The notes under the pieces were generated by a model. That model did no database searches and was not told the DNA's origin. It saw nothing but the letters and a program-made list of their open reading frames with translations. A stretch of DNA of 64,000 nucleotides from Dendrobates tinctorius (lineage: Eukaryota), in assembly GCF_039654945.1 (NCBI RefSeq), contig NW_027361700.1:14570001-14634000 (forward strand), given 5' to 3'. The number at the start of each line of letters is the position of its first letter. Within the stretch, counting starts at the first letter, position 1. Made by a program: the position numbers and the translations under genes. Shown in pieces: positions 28,701 through 42,392 of this stretch.

Positions 28701-31700
28701 ATTATTACGGCTGCTGCCCCCTATGACTATGCCCTTGCCTAGGAGCAGCCCATCAAGCACAGGAAGACCACGTGTCAAAATTTGTGCATCATTATAAACC
28801 TTAATTATTATTCTTATGTATTTAAACCAGTTATTTCAACAAAAATACAATACAGGAACAGTGAAAATGTCAAGAAGGTGGAAGGCATACCGCTCAGAGC
28901 CTTACGGAATACTCTTAAGACCATCATGCACATTAGGCTAATGGCAGCGAGACTCTCCCCCAACAGATGAGGTTAGGGGAATGGTGGATCCGACCCACTG
29001 AATCTCAAGGCTGATCCTTCTTTTCGGTGGAGGATCTCTCTTACAGGACAAAAGGAACGTTTGGACAAATATTCCTATATGAGAGACTTGGGACACATAG
29101 CTGTCAGCTGAACGATCATTTGATAGTGTGTAATAATGTGTATGGGGGCCTTTAGAAATAGCCAGTTCTTATACTTAATATCACCCACTATATGCAGTCT
29201 TCAGTGAGCGTTTTATTATATATTCATGGTTTTCAACATGTGTCCTATATTTGTAACACTCACCCAGATAGGAATTATCAGCCTGGTATAGAGAGATCAC
29301 TTCTTGCCAATCCTGAAAATAAAAAGATATATAGGAATGTCATAGATATGTCAGATGGGAATATCTTATTAATGAAATGTTGTTCATTTAACACATTAGG
29401 GCTTATTTCTGAGCTCTCATTTTACTGTTTACACCCTGATGAAGCTTGTGTGAAACGCACGTTGGAGTCTGGGGTGGCGGCAGCATCTCCACCATAAACC
29501 CGGGTCAGTCACTTTTTTCATCACTTATTCTTAATGCCTCACACTTGTGTTTGAGATATTTCTCTTTCACTACTTTTTAGCTAAGCTACCATTCCCATCT
29601 CTACATACCCCTTCTTAGTGCACTTGCACCTTGTATACAAATACAGCTCTGGCAAAAATTAAGAGACCACCACATCAAAACCCTGTCATGGGCAGCCCAT
29701 TCTCCAGACCTGAACCCCATTGAAAACCTCTGGAATGTAATCAAGAGGATGATGGATAGTCACAAGCCATCAATGAAGAACTGCTTACATTTTTGTACCA
29801 GAAGCAGTGTGAAAGGCTGGTGGAAAGCATGCCAAGACGCATGAAAGCTGTGATTAAAAATCATGGCTATTCCACAAAATATTTCTGGACTCTTCCTGAG
29901 GTAAAACATTAGTATTGTTGTTTCTAAATGATTATGAACTTGTTTTCTTTGCATTATTAGACGTCTGAAAGCACTGGGTTTTTTAATTTTGACTATTTCT
30001 CCTTTTCAGAAAAAAAATAAAAAAAACAAAATGTATTGCTTGGAAATTCGGAGACTTGTCAGAAGTTTGTAGAATATACCTATAAAGAGAAAAATCAGAC
30101 AAACTGAATATTTGAAAGTGGTCTCTTAATTAATATTAACTAGTATAATACTATATACTGTATATTATATATATTTCATGTTCGTCTGCCTCTAGATTTT
30201 AACATTGTCCTTTACAATTTGTCTTGTACATGCTTTTTATCTTGTCAAGTGGTGTTCCAACAATAAACGTAAAGAGTTTGTAATTTTGGGGTATTTACTG
30301 ATTATTCAAGGCAGTCCTCTAGGTTTTATAGTACGGTAATTTGCTTGCTTAAATTAGTGCATAATTGCACCTTTATATGCCCTGTATTTTTGATTAGGGT
30401 TATTTTCTTTCTCTTATAGGTTTCATGTCATAGATGTGCAAGATAGGAAAATCTTATTAATGAAATGTTGTTCATTGAACACATTACTGCTTATTTCTGA
30501 GACCCCATTTATACTGCAGCACCCCCTGTAAAGCGTTCTCCACGTAATGTAACTGAGATTCCTGTTCACCTACGTGTAACATTTGTCCAGTTTAATAAAG
30601 CACTGGCATGGTAGTAAAACGTGTAGAATTACTTCCCTGGATGTGTAAGGTGAGTGATAAAGCCCCAGAAGCCGAGAAACAAGTGGCAGACAGTGATTTG
30701 GCTACACGGAAACCACATGCAAATACATCACAGTATGGCCAAGGAAGATTAGCTGCAGACTAGAAATAACACCAGCCGGTGACTACATACACAAGGTGGG
30801 CCGTTCTAGCCTTGCTGGGATGGAAATCCGCTATCCTTGCACTTACGTTCTGGTGGGCTTGTGGTGGGTTTACAAAGCACAGTGATTCTGAAGACACTGT
30901 AGTGGGGAGGGAGAGAGGAGCCGCCATAACCAGTGATCAGGCAGGAGGTGGATACAGACTACCACAGACCCCCATTATCTATGCCGTGGTAAATTACAGC
31001 TCTCTGCCTATAGATTAGAGACACTTTTAGGTACAGACTAATATATAATACATAACCTAAGCCGCTTCCAACAGGACTCTGGGTTGGGACTGCTGGGTGC
31101 TCAGCGTGGGACATCAAGTGATTTGAAAGTTTACATAGTATTAGGTGAACCAGTGAATGCGGGATAGCAAGTCATTATCCACACCACACATCAGAAGCTC
31201 TTTTCCTTATTCCTTCGGACATGCAGAGCAGATTACCCCGGCTCAAACTTATGAGTTGCTTTTAATATGAAGATTCAGTAATCTTCTAGGCGACCATATA
31301 ACATATGTGACTTCCCTGTACACTGCATAAGGAGGCCTACAGCTTGCAACACAGTAATGTGGATGAAACCTACTGATGGCAGCCAACCATCTAAGGGTGT
31401 TTTCATATTGGGTTTAGGCACCTGTCCGTTGGCCCCATCAGGGCTTACATCAGAACCCTCTGCTAAACGGGACTTGGACGTATGCGCCAACGGGCCATAG
31501 ACTATAACGGTGCCGATAGACCGAGTGCACGTTCGCTCTATCATTTTCAGGCGTTTACGCCTACTGGAGAAGGACACTCAGACGTGGTAGACTATGTCTG
31601 GGTGTCGGTCTCCAGTAGGTGTATACCGTACACCCTAAAATGATGCACAGCAGAGAGCACATTCGCTGTACCGGCACCATTATAGTCTATGGCCCCGTTG

Positions 31701-34700
31701 GCGCATACATCCGAATCCCATTTTGCAGGTGGTTCGGATGTAAGCCCCGATGGGGCCACCTAATGGGTGCCTAGATGCAATGTGAAAGCACCCTAATGTG
31801 TATAAGGGCCTCCCGAAGGCAGATAAGTCAAGAATCAGGCAACTGGATTGCTATATGTTCAATCCTTTTTTTTTTCCCAGATGAGATAGACCTTGACCTC
31901 GGGCAGAGTGTTATTTACACAGCAAGGTTATTGTGAATAAGTGTTTCTAGGAGCGTTCATTTCACAATAACCATGTACTCTGACCAGGCTGCTGATCACC
32001 CGACGAACGAGGAAAACGTTGTTCGTCAGGTGAAATGATCTTTTTTGCTGCACAGTTCTCAGCAAGGCATCTGCGTAAACAGGACTCGTGCTACCGAACA
32101 ATAGCAGCCAATGCGCATGGAGCGATCTATTACACATTGTTCAATGTGCATCTGAAATCTGAAGAGCGGTCGACGGCTATACAGGCTATTAAACAACCTC
32201 CTTATTGGTGAATATTTACCGGGATGGAAGCTCTGATGCCAAAAAAAAAAAAATCATATAATATAGCAATATGTATGCCCTTACTAATATGCTGATGAGA
32301 CTAGGTCTGCGCTGAGTTAAGCGACAGCCTCTCGCTCAGCAAGCCTTCATCCACACAAGTGTTGAGAATCTTGCACAAGGGCAGTAGACAAGTGCTCTTC
32401 GATGAAGGTGTGCAAATTAGCGCAACTGGACACCGGCCCCTCCATCTGCTGCCACCTTATAGGAAAGGGTGCGATGAAAACAGCGGCTTGTTGAGTTAGG
32501 GAGGCATGGCTTAAAAGCAGCGCAGACCAAGGGCATACACATTAGTGTATAACATTTATAATAGTAGCCCTAAGTGGACAACCTTTTTCAGTGACAGTGA
32601 CCAAGTTCTGTTTTGGTCATTTGAAGAACCAAGATGACAATGGCTATATGGCTTAAAGGGGTAATCTGTCTCTGCATCAGAAGAGAAGACTTAATAGCTG
32701 TCTACAAATATCTCAAGGGCTGTCACATTGTAGAAGGATCATCTTTATTCTCATTTGCGCAAGGAAAGACTAGAAGCAATGGGATGAAACTGAATGGGAG
32801 GAGACACAGATTAGATATCAGACAAAACTTTTTGACAGTTAGAGTGATCAATGAGTGGAACAGGCTGCCACGAGAGGTGGTGAGTTCTCCTTCAATGGAA
32901 GTCTTCAAACAGAGGCTGGACAGACATCTGTCTGGGATGATTTAGCGAATCCTGCTTTGAGCAGGGGGTTGGACCAGATGGCCCAGGAGGTCCCTTCCAA
33001 CTCTACCATTCTATGATTCTAAGTAAGCAGGGTCAATGACATTGCGACCCCACACAACTGCAAAGACGCGTGCACGATTTGCAGGTATCATGCATACGAC
33101 CTACTTAAACAAGACACGTTCATGATACCTGCAGATGATGAGCAAATCTCAGGAGGAGCTGGGGGTAACGAAATGAGTGGCACCAAATAAACCCCTTTAA
33201 TTCTACAAAGGAACGTTTTCCACTATATGCCTTGTTTGTACAGATGAATAGTTTCCTACCTTCATTCTCTGAGATGAATACCTTCCAAACAGGTTTCTGG
33301 TTGCAGCTTCTGTTCCCTTTAATATCTCAACAATCTTTAAGCAGTGGAAGTAGTTAATATCTGGAAGTTGGAACGATTGAAAAATATAATATTAACATCT
33401 ATAAAGCCACATTCTGCATCCTCTTATAGAAGCCCTGGCATCATGACAAGCCTTATCAGTATATCTCCCAGCCAGTAAACAGCATTGGGCACAACTGCAA
33501 CTGATCACACCGGGCAAACGTGCAGACTTGATACCGATTTACGATTGCATTTGCGTCTTTTTGTTTTTCTGCCTTTTGGTGGGTTTTTTTTTTTTTGCCT
33601 GTTTTCGATAGCACCTTAATCTTCTTTTAATGTCTATTTTCACCTGTTTTTATTCTATATTCGTCTTGGTGGGTGGTGTTTGGCGTTATCAGCTGATTAA
33701 ACAATTGCAACTTTTTATTACATTTTTGCGCAAATGTACTGCAGTCTGTCTCTGACATGAATTTATATATGCCTGATTTTTTTCATTTTTGAAAAATGTT
33801 GTGACATTTTGGTGGAACATGCAGGCTTTTTAGGATAAAAAAAAAGATAGAAAAATAAATGATAAAAGATGTGGCATTTTAAAAAATTTGGTGCAAAAAA
33901 TGTTACCGAATATCACAAGACAAAAAAGAAAAGTTGGCTTTATATATAAAGCAAATGATGATTTTTTTTTTTTTAAATAAAATTTGTATGACATTGTAGG
34001 CTTTAGCAAGCGGCTGCCATTGTTTAATAACTAAAACAGGATTTTTAGTTGCTTACCGTAAAATCTGTTTCTCTGAGCCTTCATTGGGGGACACAGAAAC
34101 CATGGGGGTGTATGCTGCTGCCACTAGGAGGCTGACACTATGCAGAAAAAAAGATAGCTCCTCCTCCGCAGTGTACACCCCTCCGACAGGAAGTAGGATG
34201 TTCAGTTAGTAAGAAAGCAGTAGGAGAAGCAATCTGTGAACTAGACAGAAACGACAGAAAACAAACTCAAACTGTAACACTATAATACAGTAAAAGGCTG
34301 TTCAACTTGGGAGGGTGCTGTGTCCCCCAATGAAGGCTCAGAGAAACAGATTTTACGGTAAGCAACTAAAAATCCTGTTTTCTCTATCGCCTTATTGGGG
34401 GACACAGAAACCATGGGACGTCCCAAAGCAGTCCCCAAGGGGAGGGAACAGCGGACAACTCCCATCAGGACGAGGGACTCGCCATCGTCCCTTGCCAGGT
34501 CAACCTGCAAGATCTTTTTAAGCTCGGCATGGGCTCTGGAAAGCCTCGTGGACCTATGGAGGACATATCCTCTGTGGAGGTGTCGGGCAAAGACCGAAAG
34601 AGCACCGCCAGGAGGACAAACACTGCCCGGGCAGGGTGTGTCGTATTCAGGGGAACGCAGTCTTTCCTGACCAGGTGATCTCACCATGCCAACCGGATTC

Positions 34701-37700
34701 AGCGATCAGCCGCTGACCAGGAGGTCGGAAGACCTCTACGCTTCAAGTCCAAACCTGATAAGAACCGTTGCTCTGGCTAGATAGCCTGATGAGAGAGCGT
34801 CATGAAGGGTACGTCCGAGGACACTGAATCATTGATCCACCGGAAGCGCACCACAGCTGCTACAAACTCTCCGAGACCTCAGGAGTAGTTGAAAGTCTGA
34901 AAGGGAAGGCTACCAAATGAACAAGAAGATAATGCACCTGTCTGTTTTGAAAAACAAACAAAACCGAAATTTCCGAAGTTCTGAATAAATCAGGACCTGG
35001 ATAAAGGTTTCATGGAGCAAAGTAAAAATCTTGCGTTTCTCAGAAGGTGAATGCTGAACGCAGAAGTATTTTCCTGACCAAAAAACAAGGATGGACTCAA
35101 TCCTAGATCCTCAGCGAGCCATGTTGAGGAAATGCACTGCAGAACAACGAGGTGAGCCCGAGGAAAGGGGACAGCTCACCCTTCTGGAGGCCTACTTAAA
35201 CATTTGGTCTGGAGGAGCCAAACCGAAGGAACGGCAAGTTGGCGAGGGACATCTTTAGGGATAATTTCGTTTGTGAAACCGTAAGCCAAAAAAGGACCCT
35301 TAGATGGGAACGAGTCTGATGGACTCGAAAGTGTAAAACCATGTCCTCAATGCAAGAAAAAAGGTTTTTGGACAGAGAGAACGGTCAATTCTTCCAACCG
35401 GTCTCCAGAGAGAATGTTCTGATGAGCAAACTCGGCCACTCGAATATAGAACTTTGCAACCCGGTGGAGACGGGGCTAGGATAAGATATAGCGGCGGGTG
35501 CTTCCAAGGTTGAGCATGGCAACTGCTGTGTGAGCTTGCCGTTGGTATCCCTGAGGGATGCCCGTCTAGGGGAGGAAGACCCGTAGTGGAGGTAACTGGA
35601 ACCGGAGGGCTTGTAGTCACAGACGTAGTGAACTCTGCAAAACTCTCCGGAGTGAAAAGATGTATAGAGGAGCCCCTTTGTTTAGAAACGGCTGAAGTCA
35701 GTTCTGCAGGCTGAGATCAAAAGAAAAAAAAAAATGAACAGTCTAGCAAGGAAAGTCCCTGAAAAAATATGTCAACTGCAAAGAAAGCTTGCTCTAGGTA
35801 GATCACTTATACACTAGAAGACAACTAGGCTGATGAAAGGAAGATGAATCAGTCTGACGATGTAAATGACCAAATCCATGCTTGGTCCTCTGGAACCGGG
35901 AAGGAATTGCAAGGAAAACACGCACCAGAGAATAACAGTGAAAGGATACGGTTCCAGCGGAAGGGAGAAACTTGTTATCACTAGATTCTCCATTAGATCC
36001 CGGACTGGATCAGGTTTCTACCCTGGTTGATGCTTGCGCAGAGTCAGATCCCCTTCCTGTCTGAGGTGGGATACTTGTTCCCCTCACGGTTGGAAGTCTC
36101 ATCTCTGAGCTGCTGTAGGCTTTATCCGGGTGTCTGTAAAAAAGGATAGGTAAGTATCGACAATAAGGGGCTCAAATATTGTGGTAGCTCAAGGCCCTCA
36201 GTATATACCAGAACCTAAAAGGTACTATTGGCCAATCATTAATAAGTATAACACACCAGGCAGTAAAGATGGCCTGCGGATAGTACTGTAAACTGACCAA
36301 TTGAGTAGTTAGGAAAAGAATAATCAGAACGTGTGGACAAAACTCCTGCGGAGCAATTCACACTTAGGGTCCAAAGCATGCCGCAGTAAACTGCGACGAT
36401 CCGTAGCGGACACAAGAGTGTCTAACCTACCTGAAGGTGGAGTATCTACTTATGCTGCTGCCGAGATCCGCTCCGCCTGTACGCGGTAGGGCCTAAATTT
36501 TAACTAATAACAACCCACAGATGTTATACGCTATGGAATATGTAGATGACAGGAGTCCTTGACTCACCTGAAAGCGGTCTGTACCGCAGCTGCAGTCCAC
36601 CAGAAGTAATACATACCGTCACCTTCCCCTGAGTGGCGATTAGACGGGAGCTTAGGCAGAAGTTGTAAAAGACCCTGAGGGGCGCGAGATAAGGCGCCTT
36701 TGACTCACCTGACAATGGGACAGAAGAGCCGGACCGGTGTATCCGATCAACCTCGGGTATGGTTGAGTTACCGGAAAGACGGCAAGTATCGAACAAACAC
36801 GTCTGGAAGAGGTGTATGCACGTGCTCGATAGGAACCGAACACTGCTGCAATGGGACGCGAAGAAGCTGAAGGCTGGAGCGTCTGACTTACCTGAATATG
36901 GTACAGAACACCAGTACCACTGCAGCGGTCAGCGAAGCCACGTCTCCCCTGAAGCACAGCACTTTCGACCACTGTACCTGGTGCGTCTGAAGCCTTGGTA
37001 GCGGATAGCACCCAGCTGTAATCTGCCCCTATTATCTTGAGAGAGAACCCGAACAAGGGTATAGGAAAGAGCCAATTTTTGTTGCGTGAAGGTCTGAATA
37101 CCTGACGACATTAGGCAGAATCACAGCCTCTGGGATGCGGTCTAGGCCTGAATACCTGACGACATTAGGCAGAATAACAGCCTCTGGGATGCGGTCTAGG
37201 CCTGAATACCTGACGACATTAGGCAGAATAACAGCCTCTGGGATGCGGTCTAGGCCTGAATACCTGATGACATTAGGCAGAATAACAGTAATACGTGTAG
37301 TGTGCTGCACCACGAAGACTGTCCTGAGGTATAACTTGACCAGTCCGTTCTTTTGACTGTAGAACAGTAGGCCTAGAATCAGAGGGAGACTAAACTCTAC
37401 TCTCTGTTGTGCGCCTTGGTCGCAACCTCTGGATCTGCTGGTTGTGGTCAGCATCTTACTACACTGACGCACAGCAGACAATTGCAGGGTAACACGGACT
37501 TGTATGAAGCTGAAAGTCCGGCCCAAACACAGCAGACGTGAAGGGGTAGAGGCAGGCCTTTATACTGCTTAGAGCAGAGCAAAGTCAACGTCCGGAGGGC
37601 AGGAAAATGAAGGACTAATGCCTGGGTGCAGGGGATATGGACGCAGTTGTTATGCCGGGGCACCAGCATCCCTATGTGAGTCTGCCTATCATTCCAGTGA

Positions 37701-40700
37701 ATGTACAGCTCTGGATTATTATTGAACCAGGATTGCACTGCTGTAGATTATTACCGGTTATAGGTAACTAATAAGACAGTGACTGAACGGCTTCAGAGCA
37801 CTGTACGGTTTCATATTACCCTTACGTCTGTGGCTGTACAGCACCAGGGTACTATTACGTCAGTGACTATACGGCTCAGAGTACCATTTCCGTCAAACTG
37901 TGCGACTGCAGAGTACCATTGTGAGACTGCATGGCTGCAGAGCACTATTACGTCAGTGACTCTAACGCTCCCGAGTATCATTACATCAGTAACTGTTCGG
38001 CTGCAGAAAACCATTACGTGGCTGAATGGCTGCAGAGTACTACTACGTCTGTGCCTGTAACGCTCCTGAGTACCAATACGTCCGTAACTGTGCGGCTGCA
38101 AAGTACCAATACGAGACAGTATGGCTGCAGAATACTATTACGTCAGTGACTGTAACGCTCCCGAGTATCATTACATCAGTAACTGTTCGGCTGCAGAGAA
38201 CCATTACGTGACTGATTGGCTGCAGAATACTATTACGTCTGTGCCTGTAACGCTCCTGAGTATCAATACGTCAGTAACTGTGCGGCTGCAAAGTACCATT
38301 ATGTGACTGTATGGCTGCAGAGTAGTATTACGACTGCAGAGTACTATTACGCTGTAAGGCTCCGGAATATCATTACGTGAGTAACTGGGCACTGTAACGC
38401 TAGAGCCACTATTGATTGTACGGCCCGGGAGAACTTATTACGCCAATTACTGTTGTGCTCTAGAGGATCTAATACCCGAGGGACTATCACTATAACACAT
38501 AGCAGAGGAGCCAATACCAAAGTAGGATAATCTGCCACATCTCTGGACCTGCCGATAGCGTGGGTCTGCTAAAATTATACTGTAAGGGACTTGCGGTGAC
38601 AAGGCCGGCGCTGCCCGCAGGCAGAAATCATTATCGGTGCACTCACCCCCATATGGCCGCACAGGGCCCCCAGCTACCCGCATTAGAAGAGGGGCGCTGT
38701 GCAGACCTCCACTCTGCACAGCCCGAGCGGGGGCGTATCTAACCGTGGGACTCAGGGCGCAGGCAGGAATCATTACAGCAGGAAGATGGCGGCGATGGGT
38801 CTTCTCTGTGCGCCGCAAGGGAGCCGGACATAGGGCGGAGTTTGCGCCGGGAGCTGAAGAGAAACAGGCTGGAAAAAAGCCCGCCGGGTACGAGAACGGG
38901 GGGGGCGGAGCTACCAAAGACTAGGCCGCAACTGAAGCCGGGGCCTAGATTAGACACAGGAGACCGCCGACGGGGGGGCGGCGCGGAGGCCCGAAAAACT
39001 AGAAAAACCTGGAGCTATCCCCTGGATCCTACCGGAAAGGTCAGGTGCGGGGGGAAGTGGCGGGGAATGAGCCCCGCGCTGAGGAGAGTAGGCTGCTGCC
39101 CACCGTCACCTATTCTGTTGAATAGGGTACGAGCTGGGGGAAGCCTGAAGAGATCTGCCAGCAGTAGATGAGCTCTTCACATGTGCGGCAGGAGAGTGGC
39201 CAGATGAGGGGAGGACTAGGCCCGATTAAGCCGGCCAAGACTAAAAGGGGTTTCCTCTTCTTTATTTTATCTTCTTATGCGAAGTTCTTTCCTAGGAAAA
39301 AATGGTACCTTTTCTCCCTGTGGTGTCCAACGTCCGGAAAAAGGTTTCAGGACGTCACGTCTCATCCAACAAACAGGCTCTGGTGGGCGAGTAGGTGGGA
39401 GACGAAGGGCCAGGACCGGGTCTGCCTCACCTAAGCACGCTTCTGTGCTAGGGGTCTGGGTCCTGCCAGCTAGACGTAAGAGGATACGGGGTGGCAGTAC
39501 ACGCCGTACTCCTAGTCTCTTGTGGGAGTACAGATGTGACCTTTCACACTGTATCCCTCCTGTACCTGAAAAGGAACGACACACATTGAGGTAGATAAGG
39601 GTCTAATGAAAGACCCGTGTCCACCTCCTACTGACACTAAGCTAAACTGAACATCCTACTTCCTGTCGGAGGGGTGTACACTGCGGAGGAGGAGCTATCT
39701 TTTTTTCTGCATAGTGTCAGCCTCCTAGTGGCAGCAGCATACACCCCCATGGTTTCTGTGTCCCCCAATAAGGCGATAGAGAAAGTAAGTTTACCTGTCA
39801 CTAATTTGAGATATTTTTTATCACCCTCAGGGTGATACCACGTTGTGTCTGGCTGCATGTGTCTGAAACGTTGCAGTCTGTGATGGAGGCAGGCCACAAG
39901 ATTTTGAAACTGAATAATTTGGCCATTGGGCATCCTAGTAGGTGGCGTTTCGGTCGCATGTAGTATCACACTTAGGTCAGCTTCACATATCCGATATTCA
40001 CCGTCTGAGTACAGACCACCATGTCGGAACCGCCAACGGCTCTCCTGACCCAAACTCAACAACCTCATAGGGATATATGAGGCTAGAGACAGGAGAACCA
40101 CCGCCGGCCCAGACTTTGCAATCTGTACTCAGACCGGTCATGTGAAAGCAGCCTTACAGTGGAAAACCCATTTCATGATCAGCTCCATTTTGTTCAATAT
40201 CTCGGCATATGCCAGTATTCCCAATATCTCTCACATGTTCCTGAAAGGAGATTCCTGATGTCCTCATGTTCTGGCATGTCCTGAAGTGCTTGATTCACCT
40301 TCTCTCTAATCTGCAGTACCTTGCTCTGCCACTTGAGGACGCAGTGTCTGCGATCAACCAGCCAATCTGTGAAGGGACAGAAAGACAAGCAGCAGTCACT
40401 GAAGGTCAATTATACTTTACAATGTTTTTCTCACACGTCAGCGACTTTATTTCACATCTGCAAAAAAGTTCTGGTTCCATCTGTTTTTGGTTCCCAAGCA
40501 TCTCCTAGCAAACAGGCAGTGACAGTGTGAACAAGGCTTAGGGTGAGATCACACGGTCAGGCTTTTTTCAGGTCTTTGGTTGTAGATCAAAAGTTTGGAT
40601 TCAGAAAAGAGGAGCAGTAGGATCCATCCTTCATACTTTATCTCCCATTATTATTCATACATACAAGGTTTTGGCCTCAAAATTGCCTCAGAAAACCTAA

Positions 40701-42338
40701 TTGTGTGGCCTCATGTGAGATCTCATTCAGAAATTAATGTACATGTTCTGTGATTTTCATGGACTGGACACGTACTCCTTATAATCTATAGGGTTGTTCA
40801 CATGTCTGTGGCACAGTTTTCTCCTGTTAGTCATGTAGTGTCGTTTGGCCACAACTACTTGGAATTCTGGTAAAATTCCACTGTTTTACCACCATTTTTG
40901 CAAAAATTTAACATTTTGCCTAATATGTTGAAGCATTCGGTCTCCCGCACGCATCCGAAATCTGGTAGCAAGAACAGAATCGATTTGTAGAACCCTGGTC
41001 CGGCAGCCATGTCAGTAGTCCGTGGCCACCCTGTATAGAACCTCCTACCTACCAGACTCCCCCATTCTGATTAGTAGGCCCAGTGAGACATCATACATGC
41101 ATCACACAGCATCGGTATAATCTACAACTACCTGAAGGCAACAGACGGCTCTTCAGGATTCTTGTCTGGTGGTCACTGACTACAAGCGTGGCTGCTGGAC
41201 TTGGGTCCTGCAAACTGATCTGTAAAATCTGGCCATCAGTATGGAGCATTATGTATAAAGAATTGTATGAGCCTCCTATTTTAGATTTTACTAGGTGTTG
41301 GTGCAAATCAATTTTGTTGATCCGGGTCAGCATCAATGTCAGAAATCTGTGGCTGCTGCAAATTAAGAATCACCTCTTACCTACTGCAATCAGAGGCTCT
41401 TCCTTTGATTAGCTGGCCTGATGTTACATGTGCGTCTAGCCACAACGATGACAGGCTGACTAATCAAATAGGAGCCGCGGATGCCGGAAGGTAGGAGGAG
41501 GATCACAGGACTCCTGTCCAGCAGCCGCAGATTGCTGATGAGACCAATGGACCAGATGCTGCGAAAGGATTTGCACCAACACCACACTAGTCCTACTCGT
41601 AGACATGGGCATAAATTATTTCTGGGTCAATTGCATGCTTGCCTCGATTCCTGGCAAATATCCTGAGAAACATGTACTCACCCAGCAATTTGCTGGTCTG
41701 GATGTCGATGGGCACATTTTGTAGGTCCTATAAGGCAATAAAAGAGAATGACATATAAAATAAAGTAGCTTATAAATACGTGGGCCATATAAAGTTACCC
41801 TCAGTAAAGTCATTCAGTAGAAGATACCCAGACACCCACACACTTTCCATATCTCTACGATTTCCGATTCTATGATTCTATGATTCTATATCTGTGGCCA
41901 AGACACCTGTACGCATGTGTTTTCATGAACACATCCAAGAATTTCATTCACATTAGATGGTGTGTCCGTCTCGCCTAGCCAATGTAATTCTAAGGCCGGG
42001 GTCACACTAGCGATTAAATCGGACGAATGCAATGCGATAAGAAATCGCATTGCATTCGTCCCAATGTTATTCTATGGGGCAGCTCACATCATCCGATTTT
42101 TGATCGGATCCGATCCTCGGACCGAGACAATCGCAGCATGGTGCGATTGTCACCGATTTTCGGATCGGATTCGACAATGTAAGTCTATGGGGGCGAGAAA
42201 AAAATGGGACTACAAACGGACCAGATGTGTGACTTGCGATAAAATCGCACCCGGTGTCCTTTAGCAAAAGCCGGCAATTCTTCCAATACAGTAAAATCAC
42301 AGAGACCGGTTAAATAAAGAAAGAATGATTAGATCTAG

Positions 42339-42392
<54 letters not shown>

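Larger units (their letters stand above)
34034..39784 (-). mobile_element. DIRS1-type (tyrosine-recombinase class) retrotransposon, apparently non-autonomous
   Basis: Identical 125-bp inverted terminal repeats (34083-34207 and 39645-39769); 3' extension; internal complementary region at about 34319-34417 joining the complements of both termini; 5' end TTTCTCT; no TSD. Confidence 0.9.

Noticed and set aside
32601-32611. CCAAGTTCTGT, matching part of the miR-152 reverse complement (miR-152 lies in neighbouring COPZ2 in human)
   Set aside because: Only 11 nt match, the seed is absent and there is no hairpin.
37780-38420. CRISPR-like appearance of about 30-bp recurring units
   Set aside because: Units are contiguous diverged monomers with no unique spacers, in eukaryotic DNA with no cas genes.
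38447-39594. GC-rich ORFs and CpG-island-like stretch suggesting a nested gene
   Set aside because: Lies within the DIRS 5' region; short low-complexity ORFs with no recognisable domain.
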